This document shows positions 39,396 to 50,007 of a DNA stretch of 64,000 bases, piece after piece. The position numbers were made by a program, and so were the translations under genes. Under the pieces are notes generated by a model. It did not search any database. It saw nothing but the letters and a program-made list of their open reading frames with translations, and was not told the origin of the DNA. Numbering within the stretch: the stretch's first letter is position 1; each line of letters opens with the position of its first letter. This DNA comes from Candidatus Latescibacterota bacterium (GTDB lineage: Bacteria > Latescibacterota > UBA2968 > GCA-2709665): positions 192,001 to 256,000 of the forward strand of contig CAXXXF010000018.1 of the NCBI GenBank assembly GCA_963667175.2, read 5' to 3'.

Positions 39396-40493
39396 TCAGA
39401 GTCGGGGCCCGCCCGAGTCATACCGGGCTCTGTGGAGGAGATGGTGGTCGGCCAGGACGAGCGCGATCATGGCTTCGACCATCGGCGCCGCGCGGGGCAG
39501 TACGCAGGGGTCGTGACGGCCGCGGCCCGATAACGTGGCCGGGTTGCCGTGAATATCCACGGTTTCCTGGGGCTTGAGGATGGTTGCGGTCGGTTTGAAG
39601 GCGGCGCGCACCACGATGTTTTCGCCGTTGGAGATTCCGCCCTGAACACCCCCGGAACGGTTGGTGCGTGTGCGTATTCTGTCTCCTTCGGTGAAGAACG
39701 GGTCGTTGTGGGTGGAACCGGTGAGCGTTGTGCCGGCAAACCCGGACCCGATCTCGAAACCCTTGCACGCCGGCAGAGACAGGACGGCCTTGCCCAGGTC
39801 GGCTTCCAGTTTGTCGAATACGGGTTCGCCGAGGCCCGGCGGAACGTTGCGGGCGACGGCTTCCACTGTGCCCCCGAGGGAGTCGCCGTCCTTTCGGGCC
39901 TGTTCGATCTGCTCGATCATCCGGTCCGCCAGTTCGGCGTCGGGACAGCGTACGATATTGGATTCGATCTGGTCCCTGGTGACTGCATCGGGATCGACAC
40001 CGGCCGTCAGGTCGCGTACGCTTCTGACAAAGGCCAGGATCTCCACGCCAAGCGCCTGATGCAGGATCTTGCGCGCGATCGCGCCGGCCGCCACCCGGCC
40101 GATGGTCTCGCGTGCGCTGGCCCGCCCGCCGCCCTGCCAGTCGCGGATCCCGTATTTTGCCTGATAGGTGTAGTCGGCGTGAGACGGACGGTACTTGACC
40201 CGCATCTCCTCGTAGTCTTTGGATCGGGCGTCTTTGTTCCTGACAATCAGCGAGACAGGCGTGCCGAGGGTCTTGCCTTCGAAGACGCCGGACAGGATCT
40301 CGACACGGTCTGCTTCCTTTCGCTGGGTGGTAATCCTGCTCTGGCCTGGTCGGCGCCGGTCCAGTTCGGCCTGAATCTCACCGGACGCGATTTCGAGATT
40401 GGGCGGGCAACCGTCGATAACGACGCCCACGCCGCCGCCGTGGGACTCGCCCCAGGTGGTGATGCGGAAGACGTGGCCGAACGTGTTGCCCAT
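39396..40493 (-). CDS. aroC: chorismate synthase
   Basis: [38 protein letters not shown]. Confidence 0.98.
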   Translation of the reverse strand: MGNTFGHVFRITTWGESHGGGVGVVIDGCPPNLEIASGEIQAELDRRRPGQSRITTQRKEADRVEILSGVFEGKTLGTPVSLIVRNKDARSKDYEEMRVKYRPSHADYTYQAKYGIRDWQGGGRASARETIGRVAAGAIARKILHQALGVEILAFVRSVRDLTAGVDPDAVTRDQIESNIVRCPDAELADRMIEQIEQARKDGDSLGGTVEAVARNVPPGLGEPVFDKLEADLGKAVLSLPACKGFEIGSGFAGTTLTGSTHNDPFFTEGDRIRTRTNRSGGVQGGISNGENIVVRAAFKPTATILKPQETVDIHGNPATLSGRGRHDPCVLPRAAPMVEAMIALVLADHHLLHRARYDSGGPRL

Positions 40494-40570
40494 GCGGTAT
40501 TCGCTCCGTGTTTTGTGCGCCTCGATTCCCCGTTGGTGATACGTCGCCTCGCCACGGCGGAATCGGCCCC

Positions 40571-40599
40571 AATTTACCGGATTCCCCAATGCGGGTCAA
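40571..40599 (-). promoter_or_regulatory. sigma70-type promoter for the aroC operon
   Basis: TTGACC-N17-TAAATT. Confidence 0.55.
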
Positions 40600-40671
40600 G
40601 CAAAAGTCTGTGCGTGGAAGCGCGGATTTCCGGGCTGCAGTCCGCGGTGGAAGCCCCCGATTCGCGACGTC

Positions 40672-40700
40672 TTGACAGCGTCCCGATGCGGGCCTATCTT
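40672..40700 (+). promoter_or_regulatory. sigma70-type promoter for the catabolic cluster
   Basis: TTGACA-N17-TATCTT. Confidence 0.6.
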
Positions 40701-40731
40701 GTGCTCGCCCGCAGGAAACCCGGAGGGCCGC

Positions 40732-41520
40732 ATGGCCAGGAACTACTCAGGCATACTCGAAGAAATGACCATCGACCAGGTTCGGGAGCTGAAGCCGGAC
40801 GTGGCCGTGATTCCGATCGGATCGACGGAACCTCACGGTCCGGCGTTGCCGTATGGCACGGATAGCTATCGTGCCGAGGCGATCGCCTGCGGCGCCACCC
40901 GGGAGGCGAACCGCCGGGGGGGCCGCGTGGTATGCCTGCCCACCGTCCGCATCAGCCTGAACAACAACTTTCGCGCCTTTCCGTTCGCCTGCCGCATGGG
41001 GGTGTCGACGTTCATGGCGCTGCTGAAGGACCTCGTAGAAACGTGCGAGGCGGACGGCATTGAGAAGGTCGTATTCGTCAATGCCCACGGAGGCAATCCG
41101 GACGTGATTCGGGCGGCAATGCGCGACCTGGCCGCGGCAGACGGCGCATTCGTCTGCATGATCCAGGCCTCTTCGTGCGCGTCGCCCGAGGCGCGGCAGG
41201 TCTGCGAAAGACCAAGCGACCACGCGGGCGAGGAGGAGACGTCGCAGATGCTCTACCTGCGGCCCGACCTTGTCCGCAAGGCAAAGATCGGCGACAATCC
41301 GCGGAGGCAGCCCGCGCTCGAGGTCCTGACGGAGTACCAGGTGGATTTCGTGAGACCGTGGCATCTTTACATGCCGGCGTCCGCCGGCGGCGACGCAAGC
41401 CGCGCCACCCGGGAAAAGGGTAAGATCGTTATCGATTCAAGTATTGAGGGAACGGGCAGGTTTCTGGCAGAACTGTCCAGGGCCGACAGGGATCGCAATT
41501 TCCCTTACCCGCCCGATTGA
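40732..41520 (+). CDS. creatininase family amidohydrolase
   Basis: PIGSTEPHGPALPYGTD, NAHGGN, HAGEEETS. Confidence 0.9.
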   Translation: MARNYSGILEEMTIDQVRELKPDVAVIPIGSTEPHGPALPYGTDSYRAEAIACGATREANRRGGRVVCLPTVRISLNNNFRAFPFACRMGVSTFMALLKDLVETCEADGIEKVVFVNAHGGNPDVIRAAMRDLAAADGAFVCMIQASSCASPEARQVCERPSDHAGEEETSQMLYLRPDLVRKAKIGDNPRRQPALEVLTEYQVDFVRPWHLYMPASAGGDASRATREKGKIVIDSSIEGTGRFLAELSRADRDRNFPYPPD

Positions 41521-41584
41521 TTCGGTAACTCTGAATAGACATGGATGGACAGGATATAATTTCGAGTCAACAGCAGAGGATTTC

Positions 41585-42682
41585 ATGATCAACTACAGCG
41601 ACCTGGGCGTAAGACCGTTCATCAACGCCAGCGGGACGATCACGACCCTCGGCGGCAGCCTCATGCGCCCGGAAGTCCTGGACGCGATGCAGGAGGCGGC
41701 GGGGGCGTTCGTGGACCTTCCGGAACTGAACGAAAGGGCGGGGCGATACCTGGCGGAGAAAATCGGCGTTGAGGCGGCATTCGTCTCCTGTGGCGCGGCA
41801 AGCGGGATGCAGCTTTCGGCGGCGGCGTGCCTGACGGGCGCCGACGCGGAAAAGGTCCGGACGCTGCCGCATACCGAAGGCTGGCGGAACGAGTTCGTGG
41901 TCAGTCTTGTGGACTCCCATACGTACATTCATCAGGGGATCGAGATCTGCGGCGGACAGCTGGTGCGTGCGGGCAGCAGGACGGAGGTGACGGCCGGGGA
42001 CGTCCTCGGCGGCATCACCGAGCGGACAGCGGCCGTGGTCCATTTTCTTGGAATGCAAAGCAAGGCGCAGCTCGAGGAGGTGGTAGCCGGGGCGGACCGT
42101 GCCGGGGTCCCTGTACTTGTCGACGCCGCGGCGCAGCTTCCCCCGAGGACGAACCTGACGGAGATTGCGGACGTCGGCGCGAGCCTGGTGGTCTTCAGCG
42201 GAGGCAAGGGGCTGAGGGGGCCGCAGTGCACGGGCCTGGTTCTGGGAAAAAGGGAATACGTGGACGCGGCCAGGCTGAATGCCAGCCCTTTCAGCGCGGT
42301 GGGTCGTGGCATGAAGGTTGGAAAGGAAGAGATTCTCGGGCTGTTGGCGGCCGTCGATCTGTTTCTGGCGGGAACCGACGATCAGGACCGTGCTACGTGG
42401 CGCCATCAGGCGAAGCGGGTCGTGGAGACCGTGGCGGAAATACCTGGCGCCGAGGCATATGTTCTGGGAGAAGGCCAGCAGGCGGCGCCCGATTTCGCTC
42501 CCAGGGCGTACATCGATCTCCCCGAAGCTGAAACCCGCGAGGTGATTCGGGCGATGCGTGAGGGAGACCCTCCGGTGGTGGTCCGATCGAGCGGAAGCGG
42601 AATCGTTGTGGATCCGATGACGCTGGCGCCCGGCGAGGAGGAGATCGTCGGCCGTCGTCTGAAGGAGGCGCTGCGCCGATGA
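41585..42682 (+). CDS. SelA-like PLP-dependent enzyme (DgaE/D-glucosaminate-6-phosphate ammonia-lyase-like)
   Basis: FINASGTITTLGGS, VDAAA, FSGGKGLRGPQ, GRGMKVGKEEI; short (365 aa). Confidence 0.82.
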   Translation: MINYSDLGVRPFINASGTITTLGGSLMRPEVLDAMQEAAGAFVDLPELNERAGRYLAEKIGVEAAFVSCGAASGMQLSAAACLTGADAEKVRTLPHTEGWRNEFVVSLVDSHTYIHQGIEICGGQLVRAGSRTEVTAGDVLGGITERTAAVVHFLGMQSKAQLEEVVAGADRAGVPVLVDAAAQLPPRTNLTEIADVGASLVVFSGGKGLRGPQCTGLVLGKREYVDAARLNASPFSAVGRGMKVGKEEILGLLAAVDLFLAGTDDQDRATWRHQAKRVVETVAEIPGAEAYVLGEGQQAAPDFAPRAYIDLPEAETREVIRAMREGDPPVVVRSSGSGIVVDPMTLAPGEEEIVGRRLKEALRR

Positions 42683-43515
42683 TCGACGCCCATTTGCACG
42701 TCGGACACCAGGGCAGGAGTCTCGAGGATACGATCCGGCATATCGAAGGCATCGGGGCGGAGAAAGCCGTATTCCTGCCGATCGAGACGGCCGACCGCGA
42801 ATACGAATGGCTTTCCGACACCGTCGCGGTGGCGTATGAGCGATACCCGGACAAAGTCATTCCCTTCTGCCACGTGGACGTGACACGGGAAGACGCGGTT
42901 GCGGTACTCGAACGACGCGCGCGGCTGGGGGTGTTCCGGGGGTACGGAGAACAGAAACAGCACGTGCCATTGAATCATCCCGGTCTGGAACGCGTGCTGG
43001 CCTTCTGCAACGAAATGCGCTGGCCCGTCACGTGGCATTTTCAGGAGGGGAGCCGGGGTTACAATCAGGGTATCGGACATCTGGAGCCACTGGTGCGCAA
43101 GTTCCGCGACGTCAGGTTTATCGGACACGCACAGTCCTGGTGGGCCAATATCAGCGCGGACGTGCCGCCGCCGGAGGAGACGCTATACCCGCGAGGTCCC
43201 GTGGTTCGGGGCGGTCTGGCGGACCGGCTGTTGTCCGACTACGAAAACGTGTACGCGGACCTGTCCGCCGGGTCGGGTCTGGGGGCCGTCACCCGCGACG
43301 AGGCGTTCGGCAGAGACTTTCTGATGCGCCACCGCCGCAAGTTGCTGTTCGCCACCGACTGCCCGTGTGTGGATGGACGGGGAACCGACTATCCTGCGGG
43401 GTGTTTTGCGGCGAAGAGCCTGCCGTTCCTGAGACGGATGGTGGAAGATCAGGAAGCGCTGGAGGATATCCTGCACCGGAACGCGGTGCGCGTGATCGGC
43501 TTGGAAGGGGATTAA
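42679..43515 (+). CDS. amidohydrolase family 2 protein
   Basis: IDAHLH, GYGEQK, FIGHA, ADLSAGSG, LLFATD. Confidence 0.85.
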   Translation: MIDAHLHVGHQGRSLEDTIRHIEGIGAEKAVFLPIETADREYEWLSDTVAVAYERYPDKVIPFCHVDVTREDAVAVLERRARLGVFRGYGEQKQHVPLNHPGLERVLAFCNEMRWPVTWHFQEGSRGYNQGIGHLEPLVRKFRDVRFIGHAQSWWANISADVPPPEETLYPRGPVVRGGLADRLLSDYENVYADLSAGSGLGAVTRDEAFGRDFLMRHRRKLLFATDCPCVDGRGTDYPAGCFAAKSLPFLRRMVEDQEALEDILHRNAVRVIGLEGD

Positions 43516-43521
43516 GCGATC

Positions 43522-44973
43522 ATGTCAATCGAGATAAAATCCATCGACCTGAACGTCCTGAACATGAAAGCGCGGATGCCGTTCCGATACGGGATCGCGT
43601 CTCTGGTGGCCGTACCCCATCTATTCGTCCGGGTGACCGCGGAGATTCACGGACGCCGGGAGGTGGGACTCGCGGCGGACGGGCTCCCGCCGAAGTGGTT
43701 CACGAAGAACCCCGAAGCGTCTTTCGAGGACGACCTCGACGAAATGCTGGCGGTGATCCGGCAGGCGTGCCGTCTGGCACAGTCCGCGGACGCGGCGGAA
43801 ACCGTCTATGATTTCTGGCGGGAGATCTACAACCGTCAGAAGGAATGGGCCGTATCCACACCGTACCCGCCACTGTTGTGGGGATTCGGCGTGAGCCTGG
43901 TGGAGCGGGCGCTCATCGACGCGTTCTGCAGGGCGACGGGGGCCGCGTTCGAAGGCGCCCTGCGAGAGAACGGGTTCGGCATTCGGCTCGACGATTTACA
44001 GCCCGATCTGGAGGCGGTCGAAGCCGCGGCGCTGCTGCCCGAACGCGCAAGCAGGTCGATTCTGGCGCGCCACACCGTGGGGTTGACCGACCCCCTGACG
44101 GACGCGGACGTCCCGGCGGACGAACGTGTGGAAGACGGCCTGCCCCAATCCCTCGAAGCCAGTATTCAGGCGTACGGCCTGACCCACCTGAAGATCAAGT
44201 TGTGCGGCGATGCGGGCCGGGACGCGGACAGGCTGAAGCAGATCGCCGGACTGATGGACCGACGTTCCGCGTCTGACTATGCATTTACGCTCGACGGGAA
44301 CGAGCAATATTCTGAAATCGATCCGTTCCGCGCGCTGTGGGAATCGGTTGTGGCGGATCCGTCGCTCGACCGGTTCATGGAGCGGTTGTTATTCGTGGAG
44401 CAGCCCTTGAGTCGCGACGTCGCTCTCGGGGAGGCCGCGGGCGGCGCACTGCGGGAATGGACCGGTCGTCCGCCCATGATCATCGATGAGTCAGACGGGA
44501 CGCTGACCAGCGCCGCGGAGGCGCTGGAACTGGGATACGCGGGAACCAGCCACAAGAACTGCAAAGGGGTCTTCAAAGGCGTTGCCAGCGCCTGTCTGAT
44601 CGCAGACAGACGAAAGAACGACCCCGGTCGGACGTATATCCTCAGCAGCGAGGATCTGGGCAACGTCGGCCCTGTTGCGCTGCTGCAGGACCTGGCGGTG
44701 GCCGCAAGTCTTGGCGTGGAACATACCGAGCGCAACGGCCACCACTATTTCACGGGTTTGAGCATGGTTCCCCAGGACGTGCAGGCCCAGGTTCTCCAGC
44801 ATCATGGCCCGCTCTACCGCAGGCACGAAGCGGGATTTCCGACCCTGGACGTGCAGCATGGCCGCCTGCGAATCGGCAGCGTCGTCGATGCGCCCTTCGG
44901 GTACGGGTTCGACCTGGACACCTCGAGATTCACCCCGCTGGAAGACTGGTCGCCGGCATCTCTGGACCTTTGA
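43522..44973 (+). CDS. divergent enolase-superfamily protein
   Basis: LKIKL, TLDGNEQ, FVEQP, IIDES, SHKNCKG. Confidence 0.72.
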   Translation: MSIEIKSIDLNVLNMKARMPFRYGIASLVAVPHLFVRVTAEIHGRREVGLAADGLPPKWFTKNPEASFEDDLDEMLAVIRQACRLAQSADAAETVYDFWREIYNRQKEWAVSTPYPPLLWGFGVSLVERALIDAFCRATGAAFEGALRENGFGIRLDDLQPDLEAVEAAALLPERASRSILARHTVGLTDPLTDADVPADERVEDGLPQSLEASIQAYGLTHLKIKLCGDAGRDADRLKQIAGLMDRRSASDYAFTLDGNEQYSEIDPFRALWESVVADPSLDRFMERLLFVEQPLSRDVALGEAAGGALREWTGRPPMIIDESDGTLTSAAEALELGYAGTSHKNCKGVFKGVASACLIADRRKNDPGRTYILSSEDLGNVGPVALLQDLAVAASLGVEHTERNGHHYFTGLSMVPQDVQAQVLQHHGPLYRRHEAGFPTLDVQHGRLRIGSVVDAPFGYGFDLDTSRFTPLEDWSPASLDL

Positions 44974-45058
44974 GGATGCTGGGCCCGGAACCGACGCGCG
45001 CACAGTCGCCGATCCGGAACCCGACTGAGAGCGACCGCCCGTTTCCAGGGAGACAGGT

Positions 45059-46411
45059 TTGAATCCGATCGACTGGAAGGCGGTCCGTGAGGAGGTGACG
45101 GGATACCTGCGGGACCTGATCCGCCTGGACACGACCAATCCGCCTGGAAACGAGATTCTGGCCGCGGAGTACCTCGCCGGCGTGTTGCGGCGCGAGGGTC
45201 TGGTTCCACGGGTGACCGAGTCGCAGCCGGGGCGCGGGAACGTCACGGCCCGGCTGGCCGGCGGCGGCGGGCCGCTCGTGCTGCTGGGGCATACGGACGT
45301 CGTGGCGGTCGAACCCGACCGATGGCGGCATCCGCCGTTCGACGGACAGTTGCGCGACGGATACGTCTGGGGGCGCGGCGCGCTGGATATGAAGAATATG
45401 GTCGCCGCCGAGCTGATGGTGTTTCTGTTGTTGAAACGCCGCCGGACCGATTTGAAGCGGGACGTCATCTTCGCGGCCACCGCGGATGAAGAGGCGGGAA
45501 AGGGAGACCATGGCGTCGGGTGGCTGCTGGACAACCACCCGGAACAGGTGGACGCGCCCTTTGTGCTGACGGAAGGCGGCGGCGCGGAATTCCGGGTGGG
45601 CGATGCCCGGTTCTATACCTGCCAGACCGGGCAGAAGGGGATCTGCAGATTCCGGATGGTGGCCCGCGGCGAGCCCGGCCACGGTTCAAGGCCGCACCCG
45701 CAAAACGCCGCGGTGAGGCTGTCGGAAGCGGTATCCGCCCTTGGACGGACCGTATTGCCGATGCATCCGTCCCGAACCGTCAGGGCGTTTCTCGACAGTA
45801 TAGCCGGGACGCAGGATGCCCTCACCGCGGACCGGCTGCGTCGCGTCCTGGAACCCGAACACAGCGAAACTGCGCTCGAATCGCTGCCGCTTGCGCCCGA
45901 GATCACGGCGAACCTTCGCGCGTCGTTGAGAAACACGGCTTCCGTGACCATGCTGCAGGCGGGGCAGAAGATCAACGTCATTCCCGCGGAGGCTTCCGCA
46001 TGGGTGGACGGCAGGCTTGCGCCGGGACAGACGGATGACACCTTCTTCGAGGAGATCCGGCCGCTGGTCGGAGACGACGTCCGATTCGAAGTGGACCAGT
46101 ACAGCCCGCCTCTGGAGGCCGGGATCGACTCGCCGTTGTACCGGACGATCGTGGGCGTGATGGCGGATCACGATCCGGGCGCACGCGTTGTGCCGTCGCA
46201 ATCCACGGGCGGTACGGATGCCAAACACATCTGTCCGCGAAGGCCGGCAACGCAGGTATACGGGTTTATGCCCTACAGGGGAGCCCCCGGTGAAGAGGAA
46301 TGGCAGCTGATCCACGGGCATGACGAACGCACCTCGGTGGAAAACCTGTTGTTCGCCACGCGTGTGCTGTACGATATCGTGCATCGTTTTTGCGCTGAAC
46401 GCGCCCCGTAA
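45059..46411 (+). CDS. M20/M25/M40 metallopeptidase/deacylase
   Basis: NPPGNE, GHTDVV, GRGALDMK, ADEE, GHGS, GGTD, HGHDER. Confidence 0.92.
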   Translation: MNPIDWKAVREEVTGYLRDLIRLDTTNPPGNEILAAEYLAGVLRREGLVPRVTESQPGRGNVTARLAGGGGPLVLLGHTDVVAVEPDRWRHPPFDGQLRDGYVWGRGALDMKNMVAAELMVFLLLKRRRTDLKRDVIFAATADEEAGKGDHGVGWLLDNHPEQVDAPFVLTEGGGAEFRVGDARFYTCQTGQKGICRFRMVARGEPGHGSRPHPQNAAVRLSEAVSALGRTVLPMHPSRTVRAFLDSIAGTQDALTADRLRRVLEPEHSETALESLPLAPEITANLRASLRNTASVTMLQAGQKINVIPAEASAWVDGRLAPGQTDDTFFEEIRPLVGDDVRFEVDQYSPPLEAGIDSPLYRTIVGVMADHDPGARVVPSQSTGGTDAKHICPRRPATQVYGFMPYRGAPGEEEWQLIHGHDERTSVENLLFATRVLYDIVHRFCAERAP

Positions 46412-46439
46412 TCGCCGGTAACCGGCCGGAGGGAACTTG

Positions 46440-47414
46440 ATGCGGGTCCTGGTAACGGACTATGCGTGGGCGGACCTCACCGTGGAACAGAGGGTCCTGG
46501 ATGAGATCGGGGTCGACCTCGTGGCCGCGCCGGATGGCAACGAAGAGACGCTGGCGCGGCTGGCGGTCGGCGTCAGCGGCATCATGACCTGTTGGGCCAT
46601 GACCACGCGGGACGTCATTCGGGCCGCGCTGCCGGACCTGAAGGTGGTGACGCGTTACGGTGTGGGCCTGGACAACATAGACGTGGCGTACGCGACCGCA
46701 CACGGGATCCCTGTGGCGTACGTGCCGGACTATTGCATGGCGGACGTGGCGGAACACGCGATGGCGCTGCTGCTGGCGCTTTCGCGAAAGGTGGCGGGGT
46801 TCGACCGGTCCGTACGCGGCGGCACGTGGGATATCCAGGCCTGTGTGCCGCTGAATCGCCTGACCGGACGGACGCTGGGACTGATCGGCTTCGGGCGGAT
46901 TGCACGGGAGGTTGCGTGCCGCGCGTCGGCTTTCGGTCTGCGCCTGCTCGCGACGGCCCCGTCGATGACGCCCGGGTCCACCTTGGCGGGGGGCGTCGCG
47001 GCTGTGACGCTGGATGAATTGTTGCGGACGTCGGATTATGTCTCGATTCACTGTCCATCCACGGACGCGACGCGGGGACTCATCGACGCGGGCGCCCTGC
47101 GAAAGATGAAACCCACGGCCTGCCTGATCAATACGTCGCGGGGCGATATTGTGGATGAGATCGCACTGGCCGATGCGCTCGAGGCAGGCGAAATCGCGGG
47201 GGCCGCCCTCGACGTCCGTGTAGAAGAGCCGCCGGGCGCCGGCGACCGGCTGATCGGGATGCCCCAGGTGATCCATACGCCCCATGCGGCCTTTTATTCG
47301 GCGGAATCGCTGATCGAATTGAGGGAACGCGCCGCGATGGAGACCCGCAGGGTCCTGCAGGGTGAGGATCCGGAGAACCTGGTGAATCCGGAGTACCGTC
47401 GGGCACACGGCTGA
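46440..47414 (+). CDS. D-2-hydroxyacid dehydrogenase (CtBP/SerA-like)
   Basis: RYGVGLDNID, VPDYC..DVAEH, GFGRIA, INTSRG, LDV..EEP, TPHAAFYS. Confidence 0.9.
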   Translation: MRVLVTDYAWADLTVEQRVLDEIGVDLVAAPDGNEETLARLAVGVSGIMTCWAMTTRDVIRAALPDLKVVTRYGVGLDNIDVAYATAHGIPVAYVPDYCMADVAEHAMALLLALSRKVAGFDRSVRGGTWDIQACVPLNRLTGRTLGLIGFGRIAREVACRASAFGLRLLATAPSMTPGSTLAGGVAAVTLDELLRTSDYVSIHCPSTDATRGLIDAGALRKMKPTACLINTSRGDIVDEIALADALEAGEIAGAALDVRVEEPPGAGDRLIGMPQVIHTPHAAFYSAESLIELRERAAMETRRVLQGEDPENLVNPEYRRAHG

Positions 47415-47520
47415 CGTCATTGTCGTTGCAGAGTCCATTTCCCTTGCGGATCTGGAACGAACGCATCGCAAACGTGGTTGTGTCGACGGGTTGGGTGCGG
47501 ATTGCATTGCGGGAGTCGTG

Positions 47521-48888
47521 ATGTCCGAGAAGCCGAACATACTGGTACTGATGTGCGATCAGTTGCGACGCGACGCGTTGTCGGTTCACGGCGACGTGAA
47601 CCTGCACACGACGAATATCGATGCGCTGGCGACACGGGGCGTGAGATTCACGAACGCCTGTTCAACCTATCCGATCTGCGTGCCCTTTCGCTTTACGTTC
47701 ATGACCGGCGAGTATGCGCACACCCGAAAGGTGCCCGGCATCGAGTACCGGATGTCGCCCACCGAATACACGCTGGCCGACGCGTTCAACGAGGCAGGGT
47801 ACGAAACGGTCTACGTGGGAAAGTGGCACCTGGACGGCGGTCACGGGAGAATGGGTTCGGCGCTTGAATGCGGGCGTACGCCGGTGCCCCGGGCGTACCA
47901 GGGACGCTGGGAGAAGTGGTTCGGATTTGAACTCAGAAATGCCCCTTTCGACACCTATTATTTCGAGGACGACGATCCGGCGCCAAGACCCATCCGCGGC
48001 TACCAGACCGACGGGCTGTACGATATCGGGATGAACTACCTCGCCGGGGAACGGGATACCTCCCGACCGTTCTGTATGGTCATTTCCGTGGAGCCCCCGC
48101 ATGATCCGTTCGAAGCGCCAGCCGACGTCCAGGCGGCGTGGGAGAGCAGGGAGATCGAACTGCCGCCCAATTTCAAAGTGACCGACGAGACGCGGCGCGA
48201 GGCATTCGTGCTGGATCGGAAGCGATATTACGCAATGGTGGAGAATCTCGACGCCAACGTAAAGCGGATGATGGACTTTCTACAGGCGCAGGGTCTGGCC
48301 GAGAACACCGTCGTCCTGTTCGTGTCGGACCACGGCGAACTGGGCGGCAGCCACGAACTGAAGGGGAAGCAGTGGCCTTACGAGGAATCCGTGGGAATTC
48401 CGGCGATTGTCTACGACCCCCGTTTCCCCGGCCGGGCGGGTGCGGCAATCGAAGATCCCGTCTGCACGGAGGATTTCTTTCCCACGCTGCTGGGGCTCGC
48501 GGGACTGACCCCCGGCGACCATCTGATGGGAACGGACCTGTCGCCGTTGATTCACGGTGAAATCGACTCGCTGGACCGGGAAGGCGTTCTGCTGGAATTC
48601 GTGGCCGAACTCCGCAAGGGGATGGCGTTCAACCGGTGGGTGTGGCGCGGGTTTCGGAGCGCGCGATACAAATATACCGTCCGGGGAGACAAGATGGGCG
48701 CGGGCGCCTGGCAGTTCTTCGATCTGCATGCCGATCCGTACGAACGCCGGAACCTGATCGATCACCCTGACTTCCAGGACGAAATCGCACGGCGCCACCG
48801 ACTCCTGAGGGAACGCCTTGTTGAAACCGGCGACCACTTCGTGTTGCTGCCCGCGTTTGGATGCGACGGCGTAAACCTGTGGCAGTAG
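47521..48888 (+). CDS. formylglycine-dependent sulfatase
   Basis: KPNILVLMCDQ, CVPFR (CxPxR), GKWHL, PPHDP, SDHG. Confidence 0.92.
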   Translation: MSEKPNILVLMCDQLRRDALSVHGDVNLHTTNIDALATRGVRFTNACSTYPICVPFRFTFMTGEYAHTRKVPGIEYRMSPTEYTLADAFNEAGYETVYVGKWHLDGGHGRMGSALECGRTPVPRAYQGRWEKWFGFELRNAPFDTYYFEDDDPAPRPIRGYQTDGLYDIGMNYLAGERDTSRPFCMVISVEPPHDPFEAPADVQAAWESREIELPPNFKVTDETRREAFVLDRKRYYAMVENLDANVKRMMDFLQAQGLAENTVVLFVSDHGELGGSHELKGKQWPYEESVGIPAIVYDPRFPGRAGAAIEDPVCTEDFFPTLLGLAGLTPGDHLMGTDLSPLIHGEIDSLDREGVLLEFVAELRKGMAFNRWVWRGFRSARYKYTVRGDKMGAGAWQFFDLHADPYERRNLIDHPDFQDEIARRHRLLRERLVETGDHFVLLPAFGCDGVNLWQ

Positions 48889-48904
48889 GGTCCTGCTGGA
48901 TGCA

Positions 48905-49945
48905 TTATCCGCCCTGAAACCAGGCGCGGAAGGAGGGTTCGAAAGGGGGTTTCGCCACGCCCTTCTCCGTAACGATTGCCGAGACGAGCCGCTCCGGCGT
49001 GACGTCGAAGGCCGGATTGTAGACGTTCACGCCGCCCGGGGCGGTCTGCCTGCCCATGCCCCGTGTAATTTCCTCAGGGCCGCGTTCTTCGATGGGAATT
49101 TCCGCACCGTGGGCGAGAGACATGTCGATTGTGGATAGTGGAGCGGCGACGTAAAAGGGAACGTCGTGTTCCCTTGCCAGGATGGCCAATCCGTAGGTGC
49201 CGATTTTGTTGGCCACGTCGCCGTTGGCGGCAATGCGGTCGGCGCCTACGATGACGCTGTCGATATTCTTCTGCCGCAAAACCGATGCCGCCATGCTGTC
49301 GCAGATCACTGTGACGTCGACGCCGCTTTGACCGAGTTCCCAGGCCGTTAGCCGCGAACCCTGCAGCAGGGGGCGGGTTTCATCGGCGAAGACGGCGATC
49401 TGTTTCCCGGCTTCGACGGCTGCATAGACCACGGCCAGCGCCGTACCGTAATCCGCGGTGGCCAGGGCGCCGGCGTTGCAGTGGGTGAGCACGGTGGCGT
49501 CGTGCCCGAGCAGTTCGGCCCCGTTCCTGCCGATCTGCCTGCATACTCTCCGGTCTTCCTCGAAGATTTCGTGCGCTTCCTCCAGCAACCGGTCCCGAAT
49601 CTCCGCGGGATCCTGTTCGGCAACTTCGCTCAGTCGGCTGCTCATCCGGTCCAGCGCCCAGAAGAGGTTCACCGCCGTGGGCCGGGTGCGAGAGAGTCTC
49701 GATATCGCCATTCTTGTCCCGGAGACGATATCGCCTCCTGTGGCCAGGGCTTCCCGCGCGCCGATGACGACGCCATACGCCGCGGCCACGCCGATGGCGG
49801 GAGCGCCCCGGACCCGAAGGCTCTCAATGGCTTCGGCAACGGTTTCCACGTCTCCGCAGTCGATCCGAACGTATCGTTCAGGCAGAAAGGTCTGATCGAT
49901 CAGCCGAAGGGAGTCGCTTTCCCAGGTGATGGTTGGTACAGGCAT
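48905..49945 (-). CDS. mtnA: S-methyl-5-thioribose-1-phosphate isomerase
   Basis: VRGAPAIG, RPTAVNL, THCNAGALAT, ETRPLLQGSRLT, NKIGT, NPAFDVTP. Confidence 0.96.
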   Translation of the reverse strand: MPVPTITWESDSLRLIDQTFLPERYVRIDCGDVETVAEAIESLRVRGAPAIGVAAAYGVVIGAREALATGGDIVSGTRMAISRLSRTRPTAVNLFWALDRMSSRLSEVAEQDPAEIRDRLLEEAHEIFEEDRRVCRQIGRNGAELLGHDATVLTHCNAGALATADYGTALAVVYAAVEAGKQIAVFADETRPLLQGSRLTAWELGQSGVDVTVICDSMAASVLRQKNIDSVIVGADRIAANGDVANKIGTYGLAILAREHDVPFYVAAPLSTIDMSLAHGAEIPIEERGPEEITRGMGRQTAPGGVNVYNPAFDVTPERLVSAIVTEKGVAKPPFEPSFRAWFQGG

Positions 49946-50007
49946 CGGTCGGATCCGTTCGTTCGATCCGGTGGTTAACGGCCCGGATGGACTTTATCAA
50001 CGGACTG

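Noticed and set aside
41585-42682. True selenocysteine synthase SelA serving the selenoprotein
   Set aside because: Too short, lacks the N-terminal tRNA-binding extension, and sits in a catabolic cluster without selB; fits the DgaE-like subfamily.
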